64,000 nucleotides of DNA from Sporopachydermia quercuum (GCA_001599295.1 BCGN01000007.1:632433-696432), one strand, 5' to 3'. Positions 11,060 to 23,820 are shown, numbered from the stretch's first letter. The notes: generated from the sequence alone by a model not told the origin. A program made the numbers and translations.

Positions 11060-14000
11060 ATGGCACCTGCAACCAAGAAGAAATGCATAAGAGAGATCAA
11101 TATGATACTTTCAGAAGAAGAATTTTATCATCTCTGTCTTTGAAATTCAAAATTTTGAAGTGCAAATGAGAAGATCTAAGTATTTAGTTTGTATAATTTG
11201 GTTAATCAAATAGGATGTGAAGGGAAAGGTTGTAGTAAAGTGGTGAGTGACATCATTTATATTCACTGCCGGAAGATGTTCTACGCATTTTAGAATGGCA
11301 ATAAATTGGATTAGGTTACCCAATTCGAAGTAGTAGTAGTTTTGTAAAAGAATAACCTCTGCCGCGTAACTTAGTCAACCAACCTCAACGACATTATGGA
11401 AGCCTTTAGGAACATCTACAATCCACTACAGACTTTCATCGATGTTTCGGATTTTGTACGTCAATGCTTCCTAGGATTTAAAGTGCGTCAGTCGTGTTTC
11501 AGAAAAGTTCCATATCTCGAGGGATTCAATGTACTGGCAACTAATTCAAGTTCTGAGATGCAGGTATTTTCTATAGCTTATTGGCCAAAGTTCTCTCACG
11601 AAATCACATTAATTAATGAGTGGTAGAAACCAATAGGAGTTTTAAAGAGAAGATTTACTTTCTTTACCAGTTATTGCCTTATTGAGTTTGTCGAGTGAGA
11701 TGTATTATTATTATTGCTTTCGAAAAAAAGATTCATACATAGTAATAATAATAGACGAGACAATCATAGGAATCGATAGCATTATATAAAAAAATATTAC
11801 AAGTAAAATAAGAAGGAAGGAAACAAACAGCAAGTAGAACCACCTGAACGAAGAGGGCATGAAAAACATAGATGAGATTTTTATTCTTGAGGAATATCAT
11901 CAACCAAGTTCATCAAACCGGTATCACGATGAGAATATGACTGACCGTTAGAAGAACATTTCTGGATGGTTTAGAATTGTTTAATGATGAATTTAGATTA
12001 GAAGTCTAGACTCAGAAGCCAAACAACTAAAGATAGAAAAAAATTGGATCAAAAATGTAATAAAGAGGCCAAGGAGTGAAAACGGCGCCCTTCGAATACT
12101 TTAAGGAACNAGATTAGAAAGAAAGAGAAATGATTTACTGGTGAGTGAAATACACCTTAGTGCAAAATATACTTTGTCCTCTAAAGTGTTCAACAAGCTC
12201 ATAATGGTAATCTCTTATAGTGATAATCTCTGGAGAGTACATAGAATAATTTAAGGCGATTAAAATGAAGTTCCACAAATTTAGGAAGGAACAGAAACGT
12301 TCACCCTTTGTTGGAGAAACAAACAAAAAACAACAAAATTATTGCTACTCAAGCAAAATTAGAACAAGCAGATAACAAAAGGAAACATAATTAATGCCAT
12401 GTTATCTCTCCATCTCTTGTGCTAACCCCGATAATTTCCTACTACCTATCAGTAAGTAATTCTCCCAGAATACCTTTATCCAATGTTCAACCTTGTTATT
12501 TGTACTATTCAAACTTTGACAACGGTAGGAATGGTGGATAATGAGACGATAAAGGAGTGATAATTACTTGGACATGGTTATATTTGCCCCATCTTGAGAG
12601 CTAAGCTACTATATCGATCAAAACAAAATCTTCTTTGATCAATTATTCTTTGGTCTGGTTTATTAGATTCAGATAATAATTCATTATTCTTTATAATGAA
12701 TTATATAATCTGTTATAATATAATACAATAAAACTTATGTATGGTAAGGTAAAATTGCAAATTCATACTGATAATAGATAGATAAGCTATATAATAATAT
12801 AAATACAATAACACTCTTTCTCAGAGAAAAGAAGCGTTACAAATAGACAACAAAGAAGCGATGATTGAAAGAATTAACAACTCTGAGTTGGGCTGATCAT
12901 TAGTACTTTCACAGCTCAGGTACTAATTGAAGGTGTTGCAAGTGTTTATGATTTAGATAGTTGCTATGTAGGTCGTATATGTAGGAGTAATAAGAACTAT
13001 GATTCTGTTGGGGGTGCGCGAAGGGGACACTGCTGAAGCAATATCCAATCCAACTGTAAGACATGCTTTTTGGCGAAAACAGTGAATANTACAATGAGAA
13101 GAATAGTAAGACTGCCATTGAAAGGCCATTGGAACAGTAAAATAGATCTCAGATATCCAATCTATTCAATCATCAATTGGGGAGGATTATCGTTTATGAT
13201 TTATACGCTTGTTTTGGATATGCAGAGTCTACCTGTATCCCCATAGTGTATCAGTTGAAGTATTTCGTTTCTAATTGAGAAAAAAGTCGAATCAAAAACT
13301 AGCTGAGGTAAAATGCTGGTTGGAAAACTGAATGCAAGAATTTTGAGATGAGAAAGTATGTATAATCCAAAGGGATATCACTCCAGGTTTCAATCTGTTA
13401 TTGATCGACGCTATATAAAAATTAAATCGTACTATCCAGGAAAAAGCTTACTTACTGTTTGAGTATGGACTTCCAACATAAATCTGGAGCAATTTTTTTT
13501 GAAGCAAGCGACTTTTTTTCTATAGAATCACAACACACTTAGTAAAACTAATTATCAAGTGTGACCACCAATGAAAATATCATCAATATAGAAACAAGTA
13601 TTCATAATGTTGAAGTCTTTGGTTCTTCGGTCTGTGCAGCAAAGTCTTAAAAGTGAGAAGATCCAATNATAAGGCAGATGCAATAGTCACCTAGAATCAT
13701 CTTCATTTCTACCTTAAATGTTAGGTTGGTATTCATATAGCACACAAGGAACATTTAGATTCCATAAATAATAAGTCCTGGAGCCGGGGGTTTCAGCTAT
13801 TCGGTCAATACCATGCCTAATAATAAGAGCATGTTTCAGAATTACGAACAGTGTATACTCGGAATACTCTTTTTTCCTATTTCAAATTCCACAAATTCTA
13901 CGACAACTGTAGTTAGTATCTACAGTACCAAGGAACAATCAACTATTAATGGAACTAATGACACTGGAACTCAGAACCCAACAGAGATAAAAAGAAAAAC

Positions 14001-14660
14001 TTCACTTCTACGAACGGAGAACCAAGAGAGGGACTTGAGGGAGGAGCAAAATCCAGGATAAGTCTGTGGAATGAGTGGGCGAACTAACAAATTCTAGAAT
14101 GTCAACTTGAATTCAATTAAATGAGATAATAAGTCTGAAAGTCTTCAAAAGAAAATAAATGAATATGGTAATTTGTTAAAACAGGCCAAACGTTGAACAT
14201 AAATAAAGATTCCCAGGCAAATGAAGTGCAACGAAATCAAAACTACTATGATTATACGAAACATAGAATGATTGCAACAAGATCAGGCAAGATAAAGAAA
14301 GCAAAAACCTTTATCCTCCATAAAAATGGAAATCCGGTTGACTCATATGAATGAAAATACTGATAAATAATTCCAACTTTCATTCAGGATTGGAGATTTC
14401 ATTCTTGATAAAAAGAAATAACTCTTAAAGTCCAAACTTATTCGGATAGTATTGCATTATAGTTAATGCTTGATACTTCTCAGCTACATACAATACAATT
14501 AGATGAATTCTGAAAAATATTCAAGCTCGCAGAAAAAAGAAATGAAAAGATGCATGTCAAAGAANCTAGAATCGATGACAAGATATGACATGACANCTTT
14601 TGATTGTTGGATTAATAAGAAAGTGGTAAGCTTGATATATACCAGGAAGCCTGAAATAAC
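11060..14660 (+). mobile_element. Highly degenerate Ty1/copia LTR retrotransposon relic (integrase before RT)
   Basis: Fragmentary translations in copia order: CKTCFLAK (13055, integrase Zn finger), ERPLEQ..DL (13120), KLNRTIQEKA..GLP..W (~13420-13490), LKVFGSSV (~13610), QLHTIQLD (~14480, RT), VVSLIYT..PEI (~14622). Many stops and frameshifts; the left boundary and gag are uncertain. Confidence 0.8.
12494..12813. mobile_element. Candidate solo LTR nested in the copia relic
   Basis: A 320-bp AT-rich block bounded by near-inverted termini TGTTATTTGTA...TACAATAACA, containing TATA-like and AATAAA motifs. No intact target-site duplication. Confidence 0.3.
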
Positions 14661-14669
14661 CGACTAAAC

Positions 14670-17600
14670 ATTGGCCAGCAAACTAAAAAGCTAAATTAGC
14701 ACAGTGAGTCGCTTTGAACAGAAGACAAGAATCGGTATTTACATCAACGGCAAAAACAGAAATGAAAGATTACACTACCGTTAGCGGCTACCCTAGGGGA
14801 ATTCTTCAATCGGATCTACATTTCATCTGCTTTACTGTGGTGTTGTTAACAAGCAGACATATTTCCGACGTCCACTAGTTACCTCCCAGCACTTTTGTTG
14901 CATCAAAATCTGAATCATATCGGAATTTTACAGGGATCACTATATCGATTGAAACAAATCCTAAGTTCCGAAATGAGATTATTGATGGCTTCTTTAAAGA
15001 TGGATTTTAAGAATTGATTGATTGGCTAATCATAGATTGCGCTGCGCTGTAAGGAGATCTCAAGAAGGTGAACTGCTACTGTTGTTGGCTATGCTATATT
15101 TACGTTGACGATAATGCTGTTAAGAATCCAACCACATAACAAAGTAGGCTGGTATAAATTATTGGTCTAGGATCTTTGGTCCCTTGAACACCAGAGTGAC
15201 CAACAAGGAAAAAAGTGTTTGAAAGAGCGTAGGCCCATTCATTTTGACTCTGCTCTNCTCAATTACCGTTGAATACTTTTAACTATTATACACAGTGTGT
15301 TTTAAGTTATATTTACTGATATTACTGACAATACTGAACCACATCAACAGCTTGACCATAAGCATATTGAGAATCAGGTGTCTTCTCGGTACCTGGAATG
15401 GGATTTGTAGGCTTATTCTCGAAGACTTGAAATAGAGAACACCGTCTTTCAGTGACAGCATATTCTTTGAAGTGCTTATGACCAATTTGTAGTTAAACAT
15501 AGTACTTTATCGTAGTTGTAGCAATCATCAATTACAAGTGGGTACTTGTAACTGCTGAAAACAATCTTCAGGCGGTTACCTATTCCATCCACTAATGCTC
15601 AATGAGAACAATTTGTAGACTGACTATATATTTGTAAGCACCAGCAAGTTGTTTGCCCAATTTATAAGAGTTACATACATGGTTGCTGTAAACCTAGAAT
15701 CTCATTATAACTAATCGATGTATTGATCAGATCAATATTCAAAAAGCCAAGTATTTTATAATTAGTTAACGCATTTTTATCTGTAGATCGAGAACCATAA
15801 ACATACCCAGTTATAGGATTGCCGGCCGTCACTAGGAAGACCAAGTCGTGTTCTAGATTCATCTTCGTTTCATTTCATTATTTTTAATATATGTGTGACT
15901 GAAGACTTGTTCGTATCTTTAATATATATGTATGTAGACCAAGTCTGCNACGATCAGTGTACAATACAATGCATGCTCTAGAGAATCCTACGTACTAATT
16001 GCAGTTCTGGTACAACTTACACTATTATTTCTCAGTCTGATCTTCACAGATCCCTTGACTTGCCTTTCAGTGCACCACTTGATTCCATTACTATTGACCA
16101 ACTTGTCATTCGAATAGAGCATATTAAATAATTTAGTATCAGATCAAAGGGAAATTTGAACTCCATTATTAAATTTTTGTACAAATAATAAACTAAGCAG
16201 AAATAGATTTATTCATGGGCTTATAGAATCTATTTATACAAACTGCTTCTGCAGAGACAATTTGTTCTTTTTAATTTCAATAATTTCAACATTAAGAATT
16301 GTCTCAAATCTAGTGGCCGATTGAGATTTCCAACCAACATAACTAGACTTCAACTTCAAATTACCAAAGATAATTTTAGTAGTAACGGAATTCAAATACA
16401 GAGTAGAGTAAAGAACTGAAGAGCTTCCTTCGCAGTCTTGATAAATTACTCAACAGATGTTCCTTCTGAAGGACATTCATGACCTTACCCAGGTGCTTTA
16501 ACTCTGAAAGCCTAGTACGAGAGAAAAGAACAATTGACAACAAGAACAGATAATTCTTCAAGCCTCTTGATAAGGATTAGTTGTAAGCTATTGCAACTCT
16601 TTAATAATACCATGACAGTCAGAAACAGTAGCAGATTGAAGGGTACTTACTGAATCCTAAGAAGCTTTTATTAGAAACCAAAGCTATATTGACGCAATTC
16701 CCTTTTCTGCGTTTAGGCTGGTTATTTGACCAATCTCCCATTTCGTCGCATATTCATCATTTCTAAGGTTTTCAGAACCTCNTTTACCACCAATTTTAAC
16801 AGACAGAGCAATTATAGTATCATAATTCGTGGTTTGCAAGTTAGCAACACGCATTTCAGATTCCCTTATTTAGATAAAGAAATAGCCAGTTTGATGTAAG
16901 CAGTGCTTTCACTCTTAATAATCGCATATGCTTGAACAACGAGTAATCAAATTCAGATTAAATACATCCAGCCATTTTGATGGCATTCTTGGAACACAGT
17001 TGAGATTCTCTGTCCGAAAACTTATCGAAGCCCTCATTTTCGTCAAAATTCACATTATTACGGAATGGACATAAAGCTTTGAGCTCTAGTCTTGTCGAAT
17101 AAATCTCAATATCATGGAAAGTCTCGCAAGCACAGTATCTATGTATCTATGTAACGAAAGTCTGGGAACAGGTGGTAACGAAATATCTTCAAGCGATAAA
17201 ATCAGGTACTCTCCAGTTAAGAGAGTATTCCTTCCTAATGTATTTTTAGATTAATTTCCTGGAGAACCAAACCAAGCTATTAGAGCAGAAATAGATATTA
17301 GGAGTTGCCTTCCAACGGTTCAATCTTTTTGACAACTAGTACTTCCCAATTGAGAGGGGGGATCTGGTTTTCCAGGAGCCGTAGGGCTTATAAGCCTGTC
17401 GATCGGATCGGATCTTTAACAACTCTATCGGTTATTGGCAGGAGTGCCGACAAAGATTATTCTTTAAAAGGTATGATAGGAGACATAATGATCTTGTTGT
17501 AATCTCAAATGGTTCAGGTAGCTTCTTGTTGTGAGTAATATTTATTCAACTCAGACGGCGGAACACCGACCTCATAGACCAGACTGTATATTCCGATTGT

Positions 17601-18600
17601 NGTTGAAATAGTACTCACACGGACTTATTCAGTTGATCTATATAACTCAAACTTGAATGGAATACATCAAAAGAATGTACCAAAGTAAGAACCTCGTAGC
17701 TTCTTCCCAAACGGCACTGTTAATCCTGATGTCTCCTTCTCAAATTAAGTCCTACAATCGCTCGAAATGTACCATGATCCCAAAAATGTTCACAACACTG
17801 GAAATCTTACAACAGAGCTCTTCTCACGAAACACATGCTATTATATGTGATCTTAACAACATAATCCTGAATGATATGAGTAGAGGTTCTAATTGAATAC
17901 ATATCTAGGGGAATCACCCCACCACCTAGATAAAAATAGGTACACTTGATAAAATTAATCTAATCCAAACTCTCCCTCATCCAACTCTTGAATACCTGAT
18001 TCAACTCTGATGATCATAATAATTCATTGGTACTCAGTAATCTAACCAGAAACAGTGCCTTAATCAGTGTCACTCCTCCCTCTTTTCCAGCAAATACTAA
18101 TGAAGGACCTACAAGAATGTCGATAAAAAAATCAAAGTATTCCTCTTTATGTAAAATTCTAACTAATTTCTCTCTCGGCTCTGCTTTTACATTTAGTAAT
18201 TTGTTTTCAAACGAACTTTCAAAATTTATATTCAAATTATTTACTGAAACACTTACTTTGAATTTGGTGAAACAATAAACTAGTTTTAACTTTACTATTT
18301 AGCACAGTCCCTCAACAGTTCACCTCCATTTCCGCTTCTACATCAATCAATTCTACTTTCCTCCCATTCGTAATCCCTTGACTCTTTTAAGTCTAAATTA
18401 ATCTACAATTATTTCTCCCTATATAAACTTGGGTCATCCCATTTTGAAGTCGTTTCGTTCTCCAACATACATATAAATTTGTTCATATAATCAGTAGCCA
18501 TTTTTCCTCTCCATACAATTTAAGTTCTCTGTGCATTCTGTGAAAGCACTAATTCTTTGTCGTCTACCACCATTTAGGTAGGACCATACGGGGGAAAGTC
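14670..18600 (-). mobile_element. Highly degenerate Ty3/gypsy LTR retrotransposon relic (PR-RT-RH-IN)
   Basis: Minus-strand fragments in gypsy order: LDEG..NFI (~17985, protease-like), AWFGSP (~17270), NWRVPDFIA..PPVPR (~17215-17160), SFRT..MP (~17020-16980), KSFLGFSKY (16669-16643), LKDGVLYF..IP..R.LIL (~15450), GHSGVQGT (~15200, integrase HHCC), VSIDIVIP (~14955). Heavily interrupted by stops and frameshifts. Confidence 0.85.
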
Positions 18601-18863
18601 TAATAAACTAGTTCTGATGGAAGAATCCTAAGAGGGTTTTTGGTGTGATTCAAACTATACAAGCGAGACTGAGCCCACCTTCTCATATATGATTATGCTA
18701 CAAGTGTTGGATGTATGTCATTAAGTGATAAGACAACTCTTATATTGCATCAAGTAGTGAGTGATACACATTCACGAATCAATAGTCAGAGAATAATCCC
18801 TAACGTATCGCAAAGCTAATGTTGCGACAATTTTCCTCGCTTATATGTTTGAACATATCTTAT

Positions 18864-19447
18864 TGTGACGAATATTATCTGGACATATCCTTAAATTCTT
18901 ATAAAATATCTTGATCTTTTGATCTTTATATTTTCATAGTATATATCATGTAGAGTAGTTATTATATAATAAACAATTTCTTAAGAAATTGAACATAATT
19001 ATAAGTATTATTTCATTTATTCCAAGTTCAGTCAGTAGTGGAGGGGAAACATTCGTCAAGTCAGTCTTGTCCCTTAGCCCATAAGCATCCCACCAGACAA
19101 ACAGTGACCGGACAAGCAACCTGACAAGTGCATGAAAAACAATTAGAAGCATCATTGAGTGCAGAGGCACCTTCGTCTCTGTAACAACCAGCTATGCATT
19201 ACTTATTACTAAACCACGTGACCTTTCACGTGACACATTGGCATTTCACATCTATTTATATTTCTATTTGTACCTTTTATATATATATACTAATTTCTTC
19301 GCTGATTATTTACTCTCATTCTTCTCTTTCTAATTAATAAGAAAAGGAAGGAGAAGAAGGAAAAAGAGTAAGAATTCTAATACAATTCTTCAATTTTTCT
19401 TAAAATTCATTTTATTTTACTGAATGATGTATGATCAGACAGTAACA
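18864..19447. mobile_element. Candidate nested solo LTRs just upstream of the tRNA
   Basis: An outer TGTGAC(18864)...GTAACA(19447) segment ends 14 bp before the tRNA. An inner, more GC-rich TG(18949)...CA(19250) segment is 302 bp long. Target-site duplications are not conserved. Confidence 0.35.
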
Positions 19448-19461
19448 CATCTCTCCAGCTG

Positions 19462-19563
19462 TTCCTCGTGGCCCAATGGCAAGGCGTTCGCCTACGATTT
19501 CTTCTTGAACGTTAACTATATAGTCACAGCGAAAGATTCCAGGTTCGATCCCTGGCGGGGAAG
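19462..19563 (+). tRNA. tRNA-Arg(ACG) with a 30-nt intron (19498-19527)
   Basis: Acceptor stem TTCCTCG/CGGGGAA, D arm GCCCAATGGCAAGGC, anticodon stem TTCGC/GCGAA with ACG at 19494-19496, T arm CCAGG-TTCGATC-CCTGG, downstream T-run terminator. Closely resembles yeast tR(ACG). Confidence 0.95.
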
Positions 19564-19911
19564 TGTTATTTCTTTCTCTTTTTTATTACATCATTAAACA
19601 TATTTGTTGGAACCCATTTCATTTTTTTATTTACTACGAAGGCCTCTCAATATGATAAGATGGTATTTAAATGGAAAGAGACATATTCAATTTTCTTACA
19701 TCCTTTTGAAAATCATTGATTAGTTAGAAATAATTGTTAACATGGTACTGATAGTATAAAAGTTGATCCATATGTTCGTGTTTGTGTGCATGGAGGACTA
19801 GCCGTCTGTGACTGCAATATTAGTTCCGTGTTATAGAGCTCTTTCTGTTCTTTTTATATCTATTGCTATCCTATGTGATTTAGGTCTATTGCACATAATA
19901 TTTTGTATTGC

Positions 19912-21521
19912 TTAGCTATTGCGTTCTTCAGGCGTTTTATAGTCGAGTTTAAGAATTTGAAATATTCTACGCTCGCTTTCGCTCTCAACGAGTTGTAAGT
20001 TTACCGGTGTATGGTTTTTTGGACTATCAGCATCTAAATATCGAAAAAGCCCCTTATTGTTGAGATGATATCCTTTTTTGTGGGCCTCTAAACGCATTTG
20101 CCGATTGAATATGTCATCACCTGTGAAATATATGAACGCGGCACCACGCTCTTCCCATGGTACCAATAGAAAATCAATCCGCCTACACTTATTAGATTCA
20201 GGTAGGGATGCACCACCACTCCATTTACTACTCTCGTGGAAAAAGGTTGTCAAAGAACATTTGATATAATTCTTACTCTTCAGATTTTTCAACAGTTCAG
20301 ACAAAAACAATTGTAGGTATGGCAGATCTTCGTTCTCTTTGGTGAATATGAAATCTACGTCTCCACAGTCAGATTTTCCTCTTCTATAACTACCCATTAG
20401 ATAGCATTTCACAGAACTATCAACTTCTTTAGCGACTCTCTCCACGAATTTAAAATGGGTTTCAACTTCGGTTCTTGACATTCGTTCGTTCCAATCATCA
20501 TAATATTTAATGCCATATTTTTGTACTTCTGTTAAATCTTCCTTCTTGCATAAGTCATCTAAGGATCTATAACCCTCTCTGTACCATGCCTGTGCTGTTG
20601 CATTCCCAACGCCATAGATTTTCTCAAAAATGTCAATTACTTCTAGCCTGTCATCAGATTGAGCTATCTTCAAAACTTTCGAATCATTAGTTTTGACTAC
20701 TTCTTCTAGTTTTGCTGCTAAACTTTCACCCATCCCCTTCAAGGAAGCAGCTTCTTTAGCACTTGCTATCATTTTCTGTTCCTTTTTTAGCGACGATATC
20801 GCTCTCCTATATGCAAGGGCCTTCCACTTTTCACCTCTATTTTCTTCATATTTCATCATCGACGTAAATACATCAATTACTCTTTGATTAGGTGATCTTA
20901 CCTCTTTGTCTCCTTTAATATTAGAAGTCTGTTCTGAATCAATATGACGCCTATTCTTATTCGTTGTCTCTATTTCTTCTTGTGTGATAGATTGATCCGT
21001 GTTTAATTTCCTTTTTTTCTCGTTGGTTAATTCTTGGGGATCATCTGAGTCTATTTCTATCACTGAATCTCGTTTCGGCTCCGCAAGCTTATTGTTATCC
21101 AAACCCTTATCATTGAATTCTATATCGTATAGATAGTTGTCTATTGTTATTGCTGACTGAAGTTTCATAGTTTCAATAGCCCATTCGACTCTGGTCACTC
21201 TTATTTCGTTCGTTTCAATGCTTCTTGTCAGCTTCTCCATATTCTTTGCAGTTAAGCATATCTTCTGTATATAATCTGACACCGCTTTGGTGCTCTTCAG
21301 CTTTGGGGTTTGATCATCCAAAACAAGTATGTGAGTTACTTGCATTGTTAATCTTTCAGCCACCTTAGCTCCCGCATTGGTGAGTACTTTTTGTCGAAAT
21401 TTGTAAGAAGGAGCATTCGATTTTGGTATTAAAACTAGTAGGCTTTATGTTAGTAAAAGTTATACGGAGACAATATAGTTACAAACTTACAGAAGCAACA
21501 TTTGGAGAATATATTACTCAT
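19912..21521 (-). CDS. POL4: DNA polymerase X family (Pol4/lambda) with an N-terminal BRCT domain; exons 21521-21491 and 21434-19912
   Basis: Motifs GSYRRGKSDCGDVDFIF, RRIDFLLVP, YFTG...FNR.MR and HhH GVG. The intron GTAAGT(21490)...TACTAAC...TAG(21435) is phase 1 and restores the frame (MSNIFSKCCFFLIPKS...). Confidence 0.93.
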
Positions 21522-22499
21522 TGGAACTATTACATTTGATGATATGTTATATGTTATTTTGTTACTCTTTATTTTTCAGCAAGATTCGGAGTGCTGAATA
21601 ATTAGAGAAAATTGAGCAGTTAGCAGTTACCTCATCTAGTTTCTTGCCAAACAGTCAAGTTCAACCTATCAACTGATAGATGGGTGAAATGCATGTGAAG
21701 ATATGTTGAATAGTTCATGAACCGATTCATTGTTGTATGGAATGAAGAGATATCAAACCTAATAGCCGTGGTAAAGTGAATAGCAATACAACCAAATGAA
21801 TGAATACATTCACAAGGCAGTAAATCAAACTTGATCTACATATCTTTCCTATTTATTATATAATCTTTACTACTCAATTGGGTCTTCAACAACTCACTTC
21901 TACTTATCACATGCATATCTGTATGCATTTCTGTTTTTTGACTTTCAGCTGAAATGCTTAATCATGTAAGATTACGTAACTTGTAAAGTTTCAGTCAGGC
22001 AACCAGTGCAATTGTTTTATTATATTAAATATCTGTTTTCTCTACATGAGCTACAAGAGAATATTGTAAATATCACGGACTAACAGCCTATTGATAAATA
22101 CACCATATAACAACGTAAAATGAGCCCAGAGGGAAGCTGGAAAATCAGTACAAAGGAAATAGTCAGTTTTCATTCAAAGAAGGCCATAGTTCAGCAGTGA
22201 AGATCTATCTACTCAGCATCAAGGAAACAGCAAGGTACTTGAACCTAAGAAAGAGACTTCCTACTGTACATGTACTATTTCTTGTTTCAAACAGAGAAAT
22301 TAAACCATTAAAGCTAATAAAAATATTGATAGTGATCGATCACAGGACNTGCCTTAGGAAGTTAGGTTATATCCAAGTGACCTATTTTGAAATCAAAATA
22401 CTAAAGGGTCCAAGTCTAGATAGATGCATGCTGGTCTCGAATAGAANTAGCACTACAACGCGATCACTGAGTCAATTGCTATCAAAACAAGTGGGAACA

Positions 22500-23462
22500 A
22501 TGGCACAACCTAGACTAGAATTTCTACCTCCTGTCAAAGTCATCATTTCTGACTTTGACGATACAATCACTGATAAAGATACAATAGAATTAGTTGCAGA
22601 GGCAGCATATGATGTTAACCCTGAGTTTCCTAAACCATGGAGTTATTTCAGTGAAGAATATATGAAAAGTTACAAACAGTTCTTGAAAGATACTCACAGA
22701 GAAAACAAAAAACCAGAACCAACTACTATTGAAGACGAAGAAGAATTCCAACGTGGGATGATCAAAGTTGAACTCAGTTCTGTCAACGAAGCTGAAGATC
22801 TTGGCCTGTTTAAAAACGTGCCTGCCTCTGTATTCAGGTCCAAAGCTACAAAAGTTATCCCTAAGAATGGTTACCTGGACTTCCTGAAAACCATAAGGAA
22901 GGATGAGTTCACTACGACTGTCAAACCATTGAAAATACCAATGGTTATTATAAGTGTAAACTGGACTGGACTGATAATTGAAGAGTTCCATACTATGAAT
23001 GGCATAAAATCACATAGGGAACTAGAAATAAATAATCCTAATCCCTCGATTGGCAAAATGGAGGAAGTTACTATCTTTAGTAACGAGTTCGAGTTCGATT
23101 CTAATGATATATCTACAGGAAGAATCGGTAAAAATAATCTGACTGGTAGTCTGAGAACTGGTGTCGATAAACAGTCTTTATACAGGAAGATTATTGATAA
23201 TCTCAAAACTTTCACACCAGAAACAGATGGGGGTATATATTATTTTGGTGACAGTAGAACAGACGTACTATCATTACTACAGGCTGATGTAGGTGTTATT
23301 GTAGGAGAAGGAAGTGCAATAAAAACGTGTAAAGCACTGGGAGTTCCTGTTATCAAAATAGATGATCCATCAGCAATACAATTGTTCAAGTCCAATAAGA
23401 AGAAAACGAAAGTCATCTACCATGTGAAAGACTGGGAAACAGTAACCAATTTATTCTTTTAA
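22500..23462 (+). CDS. CTO1: HAD-superfamily hydrolase, Cto1/YCR015C-like
   Basis: HAD motif I IISDFDDTIT, ISVNW and motif IV YFGDSRTDVLSLL. It lies next to POL4, as in S. cerevisiae. An in-frame upstream ATG exists at 22428. Confidence 0.8.
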   Translation: MAQPRLEFLPPVKVIISDFDDTITDKDTIELVAEAAYDVNPEFPKPWSYFSEEYMKSYKQFLKDTHRENKKPEPTTIEDEEEFQRGMIKVELSSVNEAEDLGLFKNVPASVFRSKATKVIPKNGYLDFLKTIRKDEFTTTVKPLKIPMVIISVNWTGLIIEEFHTMNGIKSHRELEINNPNPSIGKMEEVTIFSNEFEFDSNDISTGRIGKNNLTGSLRTGVDKQSLYRKIIDNLKTFTPETDGGIYYFGDSRTDVLSLLQADVGVIVGEGSAIKTCKALGVPVIKIDDPSAIQLFKSNKKKTKVIYHVKDWETVTNLFF

Positions 23463-23820
23463 TAATCAATAGCGAAGGAAACATACTCTAGCAAACAAAT
23501 ACTAGAATACTGGTACTATATGAATGCTACCTAGAGTTGGATCACGTTATATATAAGACAAAGACACTGTGGATTATACTACTGACAAAAGATACCAAAT
23601 TGCTAATTACTTATCACGACATAATAAACACAACGAATCTAGTCTGATAATAAGAAGGAGCTGCATACACTGTACATACTTCAAAAAATAAAAAATAAAA
23701 AAAAATGAAAAAAAAATAAAGAATATCATAAATCATAAACCATTGTAGAGGCTTTGAAGTTTCTTGTACCTGTACATGCATCGATACATAGATAGATAGA
23801 TAAATACACACACAAGCTAT

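Noticed and set aside
19215..19430. Saccharomyces-type point centromere (CDEI-CDEII-CDEIII)
   Set aside because: CDEI-like sites and an AT-rich tract are present, but no CDEIII (TTCCGAA core) lies at the expected spacing, and the gene content argues against Saccharomycetaceae.
22197..22427. Long N-terminal extension of the HAD ORF given by the track
   Set aside because: It starts at a non-ATG codon and has no domain character; the real start is more likely 22428 or 22500.
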